Shown one piece after another: positions 34,104 to 43,577 of a DNA stretch of 64,000 bases. The notes under the pieces are model-generated. The model saw only the letters and a program-made list of their open reading frames with translations. It had not been told where the DNA came from and did no database searches. Numbering within the stretch: position 1 is the stretch's first letter; each line of letters starts with the position of its first letter. The position numbers were made by a program, and so were the translations under genes. Origin of the DNA: Clostridiaceae bacterium (GTDB lineage Bacteria; Bacillota; Clostridia; Saccharofermentanales; DTU023); contig DUVH01000009.1 in assembly GCA_012841145.1 (NCBI GenBank), positions 25,296 to 89,295 on the forward strand. The letters are read 5' to 3'.

Positions 34104-35827
34104 GACGACTTGAAATCATATCCTCTTTGTTTAAGCACCTTCATTCTTTTCGTTGGTACATGGTGCTTAATGTTGTGATTTGTTTTTTATATGAGCTTAT
34201 GCCCATGGCCTCTCTCTTTCTGGTTTCCTATGTCATAGGGGCTATTATTAGAGGAGTGTCCTTGAATTATCAAGGTTTTTTGTTTGTTTTGATTCTCCTT
34301 ACATTCCTACAGGCGTGCTTTGGCTATATAAATATGTGGACGGAACACGATATCGCCTATCGGATTTTGTATAAACTGCGTCAAGACATCTATGATCGAT
34401 TAGAAAAAGCTCTGCCTATCTTTGGTAAGGGGATGAGCTCTGCAGAGATTGTATCCATTGTGTCTAATGACATGAATATCTTAGAGTGGTTTTATGCTCA
34501 TACCATCAACATCTTTATCGTCACCGTGGTTATCGCTCTTTTGATTCTTTCCTTTTACTTTTATCTTCATCCGGTACTTGCCCTAAACGCTTTGCTATGG
34601 ATTGTGGGGTATCTCCTTAGTGCTGTGATTTTTAAAAAGAAATCTGAAGAAGATGGACGTGAATTGCGTAAAAATTATGGAATTCTTGCTCGCTTAGGAG
34701 TAGATTTAGTCCAAGGGCTTAAAGACTTACTGACCTTTCAAGCGTGGCACAGATACTTGCAAAGATTTGGTATTGCCGTAGATAACTATGATGAAGCCAA
34801 GAAAAAAGATGCTCTAAGAAGATCCCGAGAATATATGTATACTTTGTGTATCGTGGCACTGATGACTCTATGCACACTCCTCATATCCAATCATTTAACT
34901 ATAAGTAATGCGTTTAGTTTTGCGTGGCTGCCTACACTGATTAGTCTCAATGCTTGTATTGTGATGTTATTGAATAAATTTATGAGTATGTCATCTCAAT
35001 TCTCATCTATTTTTGCTGCAAGTGAACGGGTTCTCAATCTCCTTAATGTCCCTATATCTGTAGAAGATAAGGGTAGCTTGGTATTTGAAGGTTCTATTGA
35101 AACTGTTGTTTTTGAAGATGTCTCTTTTACTTATCCGGGCACATCTATCCCACAAATCAAAGGACTCAACTTTAGCTTAAGAAAGGGTGAGCAGGTTTCC
35201 CTGGTAGGAGAGTCCGGCTCAGGGAAAACAACAATTATAAGGCTTATACAACGTTATGCCGACCCTCAAAAAGGAAGAATTTTAGTAAATGGCAGAGATA
35301 TCAGAGAATATACGCTGGAGTCTTGGAGAAATGCGTTGTCTGTGGTCTCACAGCACACCTACTTGTTTAAAAGGAGCGTCGAGGACAACATCGAAATGGG
35401 ACGGCCGGGTGTATCAAAAGAGGAAATTCGGCAAGCTGCAAAGATTGCCCAAGCACACGAGTTTATTGAGGACTTTCCTGGGGGGTATGCCACTGAAGTT
35501 GGAGAACGGGCATTAAAGATTTCCGGCGGACAAAGGCAACGACTCTCCATTGCCCGCGCCATCTTAAAGGACAGTTCCTTTATTATCTTTGATGAAGCTC
35601 AGTCCTCTTTAGATTCTGCCAATGAAGAGCGCTTAATAATAGCGATGGATGATTTTTTGGAAAACAGGGTTTTCCTCTCAATCGCACACCGCTTATCTTC
35701 TATCCAAAATAGCCATCGTATCCTATTTATGGATGAGGGCTGTCTTGTTGCCAGTGGCACCTTTGAGGAATTGTCAGAACTGCATCCTCTATTTAAAGAA
35801 AAGATTTTGGGGGAAGGGCAAGGCTAG
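34100..35827 (+). CDS. ABC exporter, fused permease/ATPase subunit (CydC/MdlB-like partner)
   Basis: Six-TM domain, Walker A GESGSGKTT, signature ISGGQRQRLSIARA, Walker B IIFDEAQSSLD. 4-nt overlap with the upstream subunit. Confidence 0.85.
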   Translation: MRRLEIISSLFKHLHSFRWYMVLNVVICFLYELMPMASLFLVSYVIGAIIRGVSLNYQGFLFVLILLTFLQACFGYINMWTEHDIAYRILYKLRQDIYDRLEKALPIFGKGMSSAEIVSIVSNDMNILEWFYAHTINIFIVTVVIALLILSFYFYLHPVLALNALLWIVGYLLSAVIFKKKSEEDGRELRKNYGILARLGVDLVQGLKDLLTFQAWHRYLQRFGIAVDNYDEAKKKDALRRSREYMYTLCIVALMTLCTLLISNHLTISNAFSFAWLPTLISLNACIVMLLNKFMSMSSQFSSIFAASERVLNLLNVPISVEDKGSLVFEGSIETVVFEDVSFTYPGTSIPQIKGLNFSLRKGEQVSLVGESGSGKTTIIRLIQRYADPQKGRILVNGRDIREYTLESWRNALSVVSQHTYLFKRSVEDNIEMGRPGVSKEEIRQAAKIAQAHEFIEDFPGGYATEVGERALKISGGQRQRLSIARAILKDSSFIIFDEAQSSLDSANEERLIIAMDDFLENRVFLSIAHRLSSIQNSHRILFMDEGCLVASGTFEELSELHPLFKEKILGEGQG

Positions 35828-36049
35828 TGCCCTAGGTGTTTTTAGTATTTCTCTCAAGAATATATTTGTTGCAGTTTCGCAGGAACAAGAGAACCAAAGT
35901 TGCGAACATTACTTGACAGTACTCTTTTCTTCTTGCAATTATACTATATACAAATAAAGAATAAAAGCATTTGCCTGTCGAGCTTGATCATATTTATCAG
36001 CTATATTTATCAGTATATCTTTTGGAACTCAAATGAAATAAAATCTAAT

Positions 36050-36068
36050 AAAAAAAGCAAAGCTTTGC
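36050..36068 (-). terminator. Weak candidate terminator downstream of the tRNA pair
   Basis: On the minus strand, GCAAAGCUUUGC (short self-complementary stem) is followed by U7. A related motif TGCAAAGCATTTGCA lies at 36083-36097. The stem is short, so confidence is low. Confidence 0.3.
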
Positions 36069-36105
36069 AATACAAATGTACATGCAAAGCATTTGCAATC
36101 CTTAT

Positions 36106-36192
36106 TGGTGCGGAAAACAGGACTTGAACCTGCATGATCTATTGATCACTAGAACCTGAATCTAGCGCGTCTGCCACTTCCGCCATTTCCGC
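36106..36192 (-). tRNA. tRNA-Leu (anticodon CAG), class II with long variable arm, encoded CCA
   Basis: The reverse complement folds by hand. Acceptor GCGGAAA/TTTCCGC, anticodon stem CTAGA/TCTAG with loop TTCAGGT, variable arm TGATCAATAGATCA, T-loop TTCAAGT, 3' ACCA. Confidence 0.9.
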
Positions 36193-36195
36193 ATC

Positions 36196-36270
36196 TGGTG
36201 ACCCCAAGGAGAGTCGAACTCCTGATTCCGCCTTGAGAGGGCGGCGTCTTGACCACTTGACCATGGGGCC
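36196..36270 (-). tRNA. tRNA-Glu (anticodon CTC), encoded CCA
   Basis: Reverse complement GGCCCCATGGTCAAGTGGTCAAGACGCCGCCCTCTCAAGGCGGAATCAGGAGTTCGACTCTCCTTGGGGTCACCA. Acceptor GGCCCCA/TGGGGTC, anticodon stem CCGCC/GGCGG with loop CTCTCAA, T-arm AGGAG/CTCCT. Confidence 0.9.
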
Positions 36271-36286
36271 GCGGGCGACTTTTTGG

Positions 36287-36315
36287 ATTATAACACGGCC
36301 TTTCCGTTCCCGCAA
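36287..36315 (-). promoter_or_regulatory. Strong candidate promoter for the tRNA-Glu/tRNA-Leu pair
   Basis: Minus strand: TTGCGG, 17 nt, TGtTATAAT (consensus -10 with extended TG). The predicted start is ~10 nt before the tRNA-Glu 5' end. Confidence 0.55.
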
Positions 36316-36332
36316 CAGCCTAGATGATCAGT

Positions 36333-37760
36333 TTAAAGATCGTGTACGAGCCGTCGAAAATAGTTCCCGCGTTCTTCAAAGTGATGGAATTTGTCGTAGC
36401 TCGTACCGGCTGGCGAGAGGAGAACGGAGTCGCCGGGGGAGGCGAGCTTGCGCGCTTCATTGACAGCCTGCTCGTAATTATCGACGCGGATCAGCGTGAG
36501 GCTGCCGATATCGACAGCTGCCACGTCGGCTTCCCGGCGTATGATGTCTTCGATCAGGTCGGCGTTCTGCCCAGCTAGGATAATCTTTGATGTCGTCGAG
36601 ACGATCGCGGCACCGAGGCCTGTGTAGTCGCTGTCTTTGTCTTGTCCGCCGGCGATTAAGACGGGCCGCTCATTTCGTTCCCGGAATGCCGCCAATGTCT
36701 TCATCGTTCTTGAGGGAGAGCTGTCGACGGAACTGTTGTACCAGCGCACGCCGTCGTGTTCGCCAACGAGCTCCATGCGATGGGCCACGCCTTTGAAAGT
36801 CTTTGCTACGGCTCTTACGGCGTCCAAGGTGACGTCATCGGCCGTCGTGACGGCGGCGGCCATCACGTTATCAAGATTGAATGAGCCCGGCAACAGAACA
36901 TCTTTTTCCTGAATGATCGTCTCGGGTTGAGAACACGGCGAGCGCCTCATATAGAGCGCCCCGGCGCCACGCCACGCCGTCACGTCATTTCCGAGATCCT
37001 TTGCGTTAAAGAAACGCGTGCGCCCCGATGGCTCACCGATAAAACGTGACGAAACATCATCATTCGCATTGAGCGTCAATGTATCGGTAACGCCTTGCGA
37101 GCGGAAGATATTTTTCTTGGCATCGATGTATTCAGGAAAATCACGATGAAAATCGAGATGGTTGGGAATGATGTTGGTGATGACGGCGTGGTTAACGACG
37201 GGCAACGAGTCCATTAATTGAAAGCTTGATAACTCGAGAACGACGCGGTCAGTCGAGCGTATCTTTTCAATTTGGTCGAGAAGGGGAGTGCCGATGTTTC
37301 CTCCGGTGTATACACAGTATCCCGCCTCCTGAAGGATGAGGCTGATGAGCGTCGTCGTCGTCGTTTTACCGTCACTTCCTGTGATGCCGTAGAGAGGTGC
37401 GGGACAAAGTTCCATGAAGAGTGCGATCTCAGAAGTAACTACGGCGCCGCGCTTGCGTTCGCGCACAAGTTCAGGGAGATCGGTTCGCATCCGCGGCGTG
37501 CGGAAAATGAGATCGTATCCCGTAAGCTCATCAAGGTAACGGTCGCCCGTCGACCAATGCAGGTCGATGCCGTCGTGCTTGAAGTCACTTTGAATTCGTC
37601 GCAGCCTCTCGTCGTCGCCCTTCATCATGTCGAAAACGGTGATGTTGCCATTTTTCGGGTACAACCAGCGGATGAGCGGGCGATTGCTGATGCCGGCGCC
37701 GATGACTGCGATTTTCTTGTCGATTAAAAAGTCTTCAAATTGTGACAACGTAGCTTTCAT
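36333..37760 (-). CDS. murD: UDP-N-acetylmuramoylalanine--D-glutamate ligase
   Basis: Rossmann N-terminus VIGAGISN, Mur ligase P-loop GITGSDGKTTTTT, GGNIGTPLL, ELSSFQL, NHLDFH motifs. Confidence 0.9.
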   Translation of the reverse strand: MKATLSQFEDFLIDKKIAVIGAGISNRPLIRWLYPKNGNITVFDMMKGDDERLRRIQSDFKHDGIDLHWSTGDRYLDELTGYDLIFRTPRMRTDLPELVRERKRGAVVTSEIALFMELCPAPLYGITGSDGKTTTTTLISLILQEAGYCVYTGGNIGTPLLDQIEKIRSTDRVVLELSSFQLMDSLPVVNHAVITNIIPNHLDFHRDFPEYIDAKKNIFRSQGVTDTLTLNANDDVSSRFIGEPSGRTRFFNAKDLGNDVTAWRGAGALYMRRSPCSQPETIIQEKDVLLPGSFNLDNVMAAAVTTADDVTLDAVRAVAKTFKGVAHRMELVGEHDGVRWYNSSVDSSPSRTMKTLAAFRERNERPVLIAGGQDKDSDYTGLGAAIVSTTSKIILAGQNADLIEDIIRREADVAAVDIGSLTLIRVDNYEQAVNEARKLASPGDSVLLSPAGTSYDKFHHFEERGNYFRRLVHDL

Positions 37761-37799
37761 ATCGACATCTCCCTAGCAAAGTTTATTCGTTTCATGGTA

Positions 37800-39926
37800 T
37801 CACAGAGCATTTTGTTTTCTATTTATCCTGTTGAGAAGCTTAAGAGCGACGGATATGAGAGCGAAAAAGGCGATCAGAGAAAGGAAGAACAATGTGATCG
37901 AGTGACTCGCCAAGAGCGCCAATCGGTACACGATGAAAGAGACGATCCATGCGAAGAATGTCTGGAACGCGATAATCAGGAAGAGCCCGCCACGGATGCC
38001 AAGTTCGCGGTGCATAACGGCGACGGCAGCGGCACAAGGCGTATAAAGAAGGATAAAGACGAGGAAAGAGATCGCGGCAGGCGCCGTCAAGAGTTGATGA
38101 AGCGCATCTGTGAGCGGCATGCCCGATCCTGACGTTGCAACAGTCAGTGTGCTGATGATCGTCTCCTTGGCTGAGAATCCGGCGAGAAGAGCGCTGACCG
38201 TCGGCGTGCTGCTGAAGCCTAGAGGAACGAAAAAGGGAGCGATCTTGCCTGCGATGACGGAAAGCATGCTCGATTCGGGAGAGTCGACGGGGAAGAAGCG
38301 GAAATCGTATGTTTCGAGCACCCATATGATGAGTGTGACGAGCAGGATGACGGTGAACGCTCTCACCATAAACTCTCTTGCATGGCGTTTGACAAGTCTC
38401 CACAGTGACGTCAGCGACGGGAATCGGTAGGGCGGCAGCTCGAGCAGGAAAGGAGAAGCTTCTCCGCGAAACACGGTACGCCGCAGAAACAGCGCCGTGA
38501 TGACACAAAGAACGATTCCGAGCAGATATAGTCCAGAGATCACGAGCGCTACGTGGTGCGGGAAGATCGCTGCAGCGATCAGACCGTAAACGGGAACTTT
38601 TGCCGAGCAGCTCATGAATGGCACAAGGAGCACGGTCAGCATCCGGTCGCGTTTAGATGGAAGTGTTCGCGTCGCCATGACAGCAGGAACGGAGCAGCCG
38701 AATCCAAGCAAAAGAGGTACAATGCTCGCACCAGAAAGGCCGATTTTGCGCATCAGGCGATCCATGATAAAAGCGACGCGCGCCATGTAACCCGTAACTT
38801 CGAGTAAAGACAGAAGGAAAAAGAGAACAAGAATCATCGGCAAAAAGGAGACGACGCTTCCCACGCCGCTGAAGATGCCGTCGACGACAAGTGATTGTAT
38901 GATCGGGTTCAGCTCGGCTTGCGCCATAGCGGTGCCGACATATTCTCCGAGTCTTGTAATGGCATCTGCAAACGTATCGTTGAGAAACTGCCCGAAAGGT
39001 CCAAAAGAAATCCACGAGACTGCGACCATGACGGCAAGAAAGATCGGGATTCCGAACCATTTGTGGAGCAGTATACGATCGAGCGTTAACGTTGCGGATG
39101 GAGCTTCCTCATAACTTGCGTACTTTGAACGCAAGACTCTCGATTCGACCTCGCTGATAAATGCGTAGCGCATATCGGCAAGCGCCGCCAGACGGTCCGT
39201 CTTCGTGTCGCGTTCCATTTCAACGACGATGTGCTCGACGGCTTCAAGCTCGTTTTGATTGAGACCGAGCTCAGGTACGAAGAGTTCATCACCTTCAATC
39301 AATTTCGTTGCTGCGAAGCGAGGTGTGACGCCGACTTCTTCTGCGTGATCCTCGATCATCGCGGCGATGGAGTGAATCGCTCGATGTACGGGGCCGCTGC
39401 AAAGATCGGGTTTCAGCGGCTTTGTCTTATTGACCGCTGTTTCCATCGAGACACGCATATACTCGGAGACGCCTTTATTCTGACTCGCTGAGATAGCTAC
39501 GACGGGGATACCGAGCTCTTCTGACAGTTTGTCAACATCGACTTGACGTCCGAGTGCCGACATTTCATCGATCATATTGAGCGCCAATGTCATCGGGATG
39601 TCGAGCTCGATCAGTTGCAAAGTAAGGTAAAGACCGCGTTCCAAGCTTGTCGCGTCGACGATATTGAGAATGCAATCGGGTGTTTCCTTGATTAGGAAGT
39701 TTCGGCTGATTACTTCTTCCGGCGAATAAGGTGATAGTGAGTAGATGCCGGGGAGATCGACAATTTCGGAATCGGGATATTCGCGAAGATGCCCCGACTT
39801 GCGCTCCACGGTGACGCCCGGGAAGTTCGAAACGTGCAGTTGACTGCCGGTCAATCTGTTAAATAGAGTCGTCTTGCCTGAGTTTTGGTTGCCCATCAGG
39901 GCAAATGTCAACGATTCCTTAGCCAT
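37800..39926 (-). CDS. feoB: Ferrous iron transporter FeoB
   Basis: N-terminal G-domain GNQNSGKTTLFNRLTG, DLPGIYSL, then a polytopic membrane domain. Confidence 0.95.
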   Translation of the reverse strand: MAKESLTFALMGNQNSGKTTLFNRLTGSQLHVSNFPGVTVERKSGHLREYPDSEIVDLPGIYSLSPYSPEEVISRNFLIKETPDCILNIVDATSLERGLYLTLQLIELDIPMTLALNMIDEMSALGRQVDVDKLSEELGIPVVAISASQNKGVSEYMRVSMETAVNKTKPLKPDLCSGPVHRAIHSIAAMIEDHAEEVGVTPRFAATKLIEGDELFVPELGLNQNELEAVEHIVVEMERDTKTDRLAALADMRYAFISEVESRVLRSKYASYEEAPSATLTLDRILLHKWFGIPIFLAVMVAVSWISFGPFGQFLNDTFADAITRLGEYVGTAMAQAELNPIIQSLVVDGIFSGVGSVVSFLPMILVLFFLLSLLEVTGYMARVAFIMDRLMRKIGLSGASIVPLLLGFGCSVPAVMATRTLPSKRDRMLTVLLVPFMSCSAKVPVYGLIAAAIFPHHVALVISGLYLLGIVLCVITALFLRRTVFRGEASPFLLELPPYRFPSLTSLWRLVKRHAREFMVRAFTVILLVTLIIWVLETYDFRFFPVDSPESSMLSVIAGKIAPFFVPLGFSSTPTVSALLAGFSAKETIISTLTVATSGSGMPLTDALHQLLTAPAAISFLVFILLYTPCAAAVAVMHRELGIRGGLFLIIAFQTFFAWIVSFIVYRLALLASHSITLFFLSLIAFFALISVALKLLNRINRKQNAL

Positions 39927-40348
39927 CTTCTGCGCTTTCTCTTTTTCCTGAGAGGATGATCTTGAGATGATTCGGATGCTCGGACGTTTTCATCCATCTC
40001 ATTTTCCTGCACGAAGCCGGGACAAGAAGCATCAGCTTCAGCTCGTTCTTCCAAGAAGGCGCATTCGGTACAGTTCCGAAAACCGTGAATCTGACAAGCT
40101 CTCCCGCAAGAGACTGATCCTACCTGAAGAAGTTCTACTTCTATATCGCGGGCGGCTTCCTCGCGCAATGACAAGTTATAGCCTCGGAGACAGAGCTCAA
40201 TCGGATCGCCGAGAGGTGCCACTCGAACGAGCTTGACGATTGTATTGGGGGTAAGGCCCATATCGAGCAGTCGGCGGCGCAATTCTCCGCCTCCGTTAAC
40301 GCGCAAAATCCGGGCACATTGTCCGATACGCAAATCACTTAGAACCAA
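39908..40348 (-). CDS. feoA: FeoA-domain protein with Cys-rich, basic C-terminal extension
   Basis: aa 1-74 are a typical FeoA SH3-like domain (LRRRLLDMGLTPNTIVKLVRVAPLGDPIEL). aa 75-146 add CGRAC...CTEC...C and a KKRKRRRW tail. 19-nt overlap with feoB. Confidence 0.8.
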   Translation of the reverse strand: MVLSDLRIGQCARILRVNGGGELRRRLLDMGLTPNTIVKLVRVAPLGDPIELCLRGYNLSLREEAARDIEVELLQVGSVSCGRACQIHGFRNCTECAFLEERAEADASCPGFVQENEMDENVRASESSQDHPLRKKRKRRRWLRNR

Positions 40349-40588
40349 AGCTAACTCTCCTTTGTTACCTTCGTTGAAACTGTCGGCAACAGCTCTGACA
40401 TGCTCAATATACTATCACGAAATCTACGAAAAGACGCTGCGGTCAGTTACTAGTTTGCTTAATCTGCTCCTTAAGGAATCAATCGTCCATGTTGTCGGAT
40501 AGACGTGATATTGATTCGAGTTAGGCGGTTAAATGGCCTGTGAGGGTAACTTTTCAGCACGTACGGCACGATTGAGACACGACGCCTA

Positions 40589-40597
40589 TGATAAAAT
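40589..40597 (+). promoter_or_regulatory. Extended -10 element (TGaTAAAAT) immediately upstream of uvrA
   Basis: The hexamer TAAAAT ends 6 nt before the uvrA ATG (40604), and no Shine-Dalgarno lies between them. Confidence 0.4.
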
Positions 40598-40603
40598 CAA
40601 TGC

Positions 40604-43501
40604 ATGAAATCTGAGATCGCCGTGTATGGAGCACGTGAACATAATTTAAAAAATATTGATGTCAAGATTCCGCGTAACAGGCTCGTCGTTGTGACGGGCA
40701 TTTCCGGTTCGGGAAAGTCGTCGCTCGCTTTTGACACGATCTATGCTGAGGGTCAGCGTCGCTACGTTGAGTCGCTCTCGTCTTACGCTCGTCAATTTCT
40801 AGGTCAAGTTAAAAAGCCTGATGTCGATCGGATCGACGGCTTGTCGCCTGCGATCGCGATCGATCAGAAAACGACGAGCAGAAACCCGCGGTCAACGGTC
40901 GGAACGACGACGGAAATCTATGATTTCTTGCGATTGCTCTATGCGAGAGTCGGTATTCCGCATTGTCCGAGGTGCGGTAAAGTCATTGAGCGTCAGACTG
41001 TCGATCAGATGGTCGACGCGATCATGTCACGACCTGACGGGACGCGTATTACGCTGATGGCCCCGGTTGTACGTGATAGAAAAGGTGAGCATGCTCGACT
41101 TTTGGAGAGGCTGAGCGCGCAAGGATTCGTCCGTGTACGAATCGATGGCGAGCAGCTTGAATTGTCACCCGACATTAAGCTTGAGGCCAATAAAAGGCAT
41201 ACGATTGAAGTGGTCGTCGACCGACTCGTTCGTCGTGAGGGTATAGAGAACAGATTGGCTGATTCACTTGAGACGGCGAGTGAATTGGCTGATGATATCG
41301 TAATGGTCAGATTCGAGGAGCGGCGCTCCGATGCGGACGACTCAGAGGAAGGCCGTTATTCGGTGAGCGAGTCGATTTTTTCGCAGAAACTTGCGTGCGC
41401 CGATTGCGAGATCAGTCTCGGCGAGGTATCGCCGCGTATGTTCAGCTTTAACAACCCTTACGGTGCCTGTCCCGAATGCACGGGACTCGGCAGCCGCTCA
41501 CACTTCGTTCCCGAACTGATCGTCGAGAATCCTGAACTTTCGCTTAGCGAGGGTGCAATCAATATCATGGGTTTCCATTTTACCGATCGAAACAGCTGGA
41601 CGTACTGCCATGTCGAGGCTTTGGCAGATCGATACGGCTTTTCTCTGGAAACGCCTTGGCATAAGTTGCCGGATCGTATCAGGCATATGATTCTGTACGG
41701 TAACAACAGGGAGACGATTATCGTCGATACGAGTCGCACGAAATATGACAAAGGGAAACCGTATCGTACATCGTGGGAAGGAGTAATCCCGACTTTGGAG
41801 CGTCGTCAGGTTGAAACGAGCTCCGCGGATATGAAAGATTACTACGCGCGCTTTATGCTTGAAACACCTTGCCCCGTTTGCCGCGGTGCAAGGTTGCGCC
41901 CAGAGGCTTTGGCCTTTAAATGTGGCGGCAAGAACATCGACGAGGTGACACACCTGTCGATCGCGGAGGCGCACCGTTTTCTCACGTCGATCGAATTTGA
42001 CGGCGGTCGCGCCGCCATCGCACGGCCGATCATGCAGGAGCTCGGTGCAAGGCTGCAGTTTCTTCTTGATGTCGGCCTCGATTATCTGACACTCGCGCGA
42101 TCATCCGGTACGCTATCGGGAGGTGAATCACAGCGCATCAGGCTTGCGACACAGATCGGTTCGAGCCTGACCGGCGTACTTTATGTGCTCGATGAGCCGA
42201 GTATCGGTCTGCACCAAAGGGACAACGTGCGTCTTCTTGAGACGCTAAAGAATTTGCGCGATCTCGGTAATACTGTTATTGTCGTCGAACATGATGAGGA
42301 AACCATTTGGGAGGCCGACCATATCATCGATATCGGTCCCGGCGCCGGTGTTCATGGCGGGCGGGTCGTCGCTGAGGGAAGACCGGATGACATCGTTCAC
42401 GTTGAGGAGTCGCTGACAGGTCAATACTTATCGGGCAGAAAAGTAATACCTATACCCAAGACAAGAAGGAAACAGGATAAAGGTTTCTTAACGATCTACG
42501 GAGCGCGCGAAAATAATCTTAAGTCGATCAACGTATCGATTCCGCTGGGCGTTATGACTTGTGTCACAGGTGTTTCCGGTTCAGGTAAGAGTTCGCTCGT
42601 CAACAATATACTACTGAAAAAACTTGAAACTGAATTAAACCGCGCTCGGCGCGTAGCGGGTGACTTTGACTCGATTGAAGGAGTCGAACAGCTCGACAAG
42701 GTGATCGCCATCGATCAGTCACCGATCGGCAGGACACCGCGATCGAATCCCGCGACGTATACAGGGACATTCGACCATATCAGGCGGCTTTTCGCGGAGT
42801 TGCCCGCCGCAAAACAACGAGGTTATAAACCTGGGCGATTCAGTTTTAATGTCAAAGGCGGCCGGTGCGAGGCTTGCTCCGGAAACGGGGTCAATAAGAT
42901 CGAGATGCATTTTCTGCCTGACGTTTTCGTAAAATGTGATGTCTGTCAAGGCAAGCGTTTCAACAGAGAGACGCTTGAAGTGAGGTACAAGGGACTCTCA
43001 ATCAGTGATGTGCTGGACTTGACGGTCAGCGAGGCGCTTTCCGTATTCGAGACGATGCCTGCGATCTATAGAAAACTGCAGACGCTGGAGGATGTCGGTT
43101 TAGGCTACATCAGGCTCGGACAACCCTCGACCGAGTTGTCGGGCGGTGAGGCGCAACGTGTCAAACTGGCATTTGAACTGTCGAAGAGGAGTACGGGCAA
43201 TACGCTCTTGATTCTCGACGAGCCGACGACAGGCCTTCACGCTTCGGACGTGCACCGGCTAACGGCCATTTTGCAAAGACTCGTATCAGCCGGTAATACG
43301 GTCGTCGTCATTGAGCACAACCTTGATGTCATCAAGCAGGCTGATTACATCGTCGATCTTGGGCCGGAAGGCGGCGATGCCGGCGGGCAGGTTGTCGCAA
43401 CGGGTACGCCGGAAGAAGTGGCAAAATGCCCGAATTCTTATACGGGCCATTATTTACAGTTTATACTCGACCGCGGATTGCGCTTAGAGTCAGGCATTTG
43501 A
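40604..43501 (+). CDS. uvrA: Excinuclease ABC subunit A
   Basis: Begins [21 protein letters not shown]. Two ABC ATPase modules ([18 protein letters not shown]) and zinc-finger Cys pairs. Confidence 0.95.
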   Translation: MKSEIAVYGAREHNLKNIDVKIPRNRLVVVTGISGSGKSSLAFDTIYAEGQRRYVESLSSYARQFLGQVKKPDVDRIDGLSPAIAIDQKTTSRNPRSTVGTTTEIYDFLRLLYARVGIPHCPRCGKVIERQTVDQMVDAIMSRPDGTRITLMAPVVRDRKGEHARLLERLSAQGFVRVRIDGEQLELSPDIKLEANKRHTIEVVVDRLVRREGIENRLADSLETASELADDIVMVRFEERRSDADDSEEGRYSVSESIFSQKLACADCEISLGEVSPRMFSFNNPYGACPECTGLGSRSHFVPELIVENPELSLSEGAINIMGFHFTDRNSWTYCHVEALADRYGFSLETPWHKLPDRIRHMILYGNNRETIIVDTSRTKYDKGKPYRTSWEGVIPTLERRQVETSSADMKDYYARFMLETPCPVCRGARLRPEALAFKCGGKNIDEVTHLSIAEAHRFLTSIEFDGGRAAIARPIMQELGARLQFLLDVGLDYLTLARSSGTLSGGESQRIRLATQIGSSLTGVLYVLDEPSIGLHQRDNVRLLETLKNLRDLGNTVIVVEHDEETIWEADHIIDIGPGAGVHGGRVVAEGRPDDIVHVEESLTGQYLSGRKVIPIPKTRRKQDKGFLTIYGARENNLKSINVSIPLGVMTCVTGVSGSGKSSLVNNILLKKLETELNRARRVAGDFDSIEGVEQLDKVIAIDQSPIGRTPRSNPATYTGTFDHIRRLFAELPAAKQRGYKPGRFSFNVKGGRCEACSGNGVNKIEMHFLPDVFVKCDVCQGKRFNRETLEVRYKGLSISDVLDLTVSEALSVFETMPAIYRKLQTLEDVGLGYIRLGQPSTELSGGEAQRVKLAFELSKRSTGNTLLILDEPTTGLHASDVHRLTAILQRLVSAGNTVVVIEHNLDVIKQADYIVDLGPEGGDAGGQVVATGTPEEVAKCPNSYTGHYLQFILDRGLRLESGI

Positions 43502-43577
43502 ACGCCCGCGCTTGTCATTAAAGCTGTACTTCACATATTATGTAGTGTGGAGATTACGATAGGACGAATAAAAAAGA

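Noticed and set aside
35913-35945. Consensus TTGACA -35-like hexamer downstream of the ABC genes, pointing towards the tRNAs
   Set aside because: No acceptable -10 lies at 16-18 nt (the sequence there is CAATTA, and TATACT lies 21 nt away). No plausible downstream gene exists, because ORF 35900..36127 looks like AT-rich noise.
35990-36013. Tandem ATATTTATCAG(ct)ATATTTATCAG(ta) near the tRNA-Leu 3' side, considered as an att remnant or regulatory repeat
   Set aside because: It is only two short AT-rich copies in very AT-rich DNA, with no counterpart elsewhere in the window. It cannot be distinguished from chance.
36106-36135. Search for a direct repeat of the tRNA-Leu 3' end (att site) marking the left end of the AT-rich block
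   Set aside because: I scanned the intergenic regions at 27165-27341, 24319-24474, 21817-22230 and 19425-19629 by eye and found no match to TGGTGCGGAAAACAGGACTTGAACC. No integrase is present. The island boundary therefore remains undefined and needs a computational search.
40506-40520. Fur-box-like sequence TGATATTGATTCGAG upstream of feoA
   Set aside because: Only the first half-site resembles TGATAAT. The second half (ATTCGAG versus ATTATCA) does not match, so support is insufficient to call a Fur operator.
43502-43577. CtsR operator (tandem GGTCAAA heptads) upstream of the clpE-like gene
   Set aside because: No GGTCAAA-type direct repeat is present in the 76-nt intergenic region.
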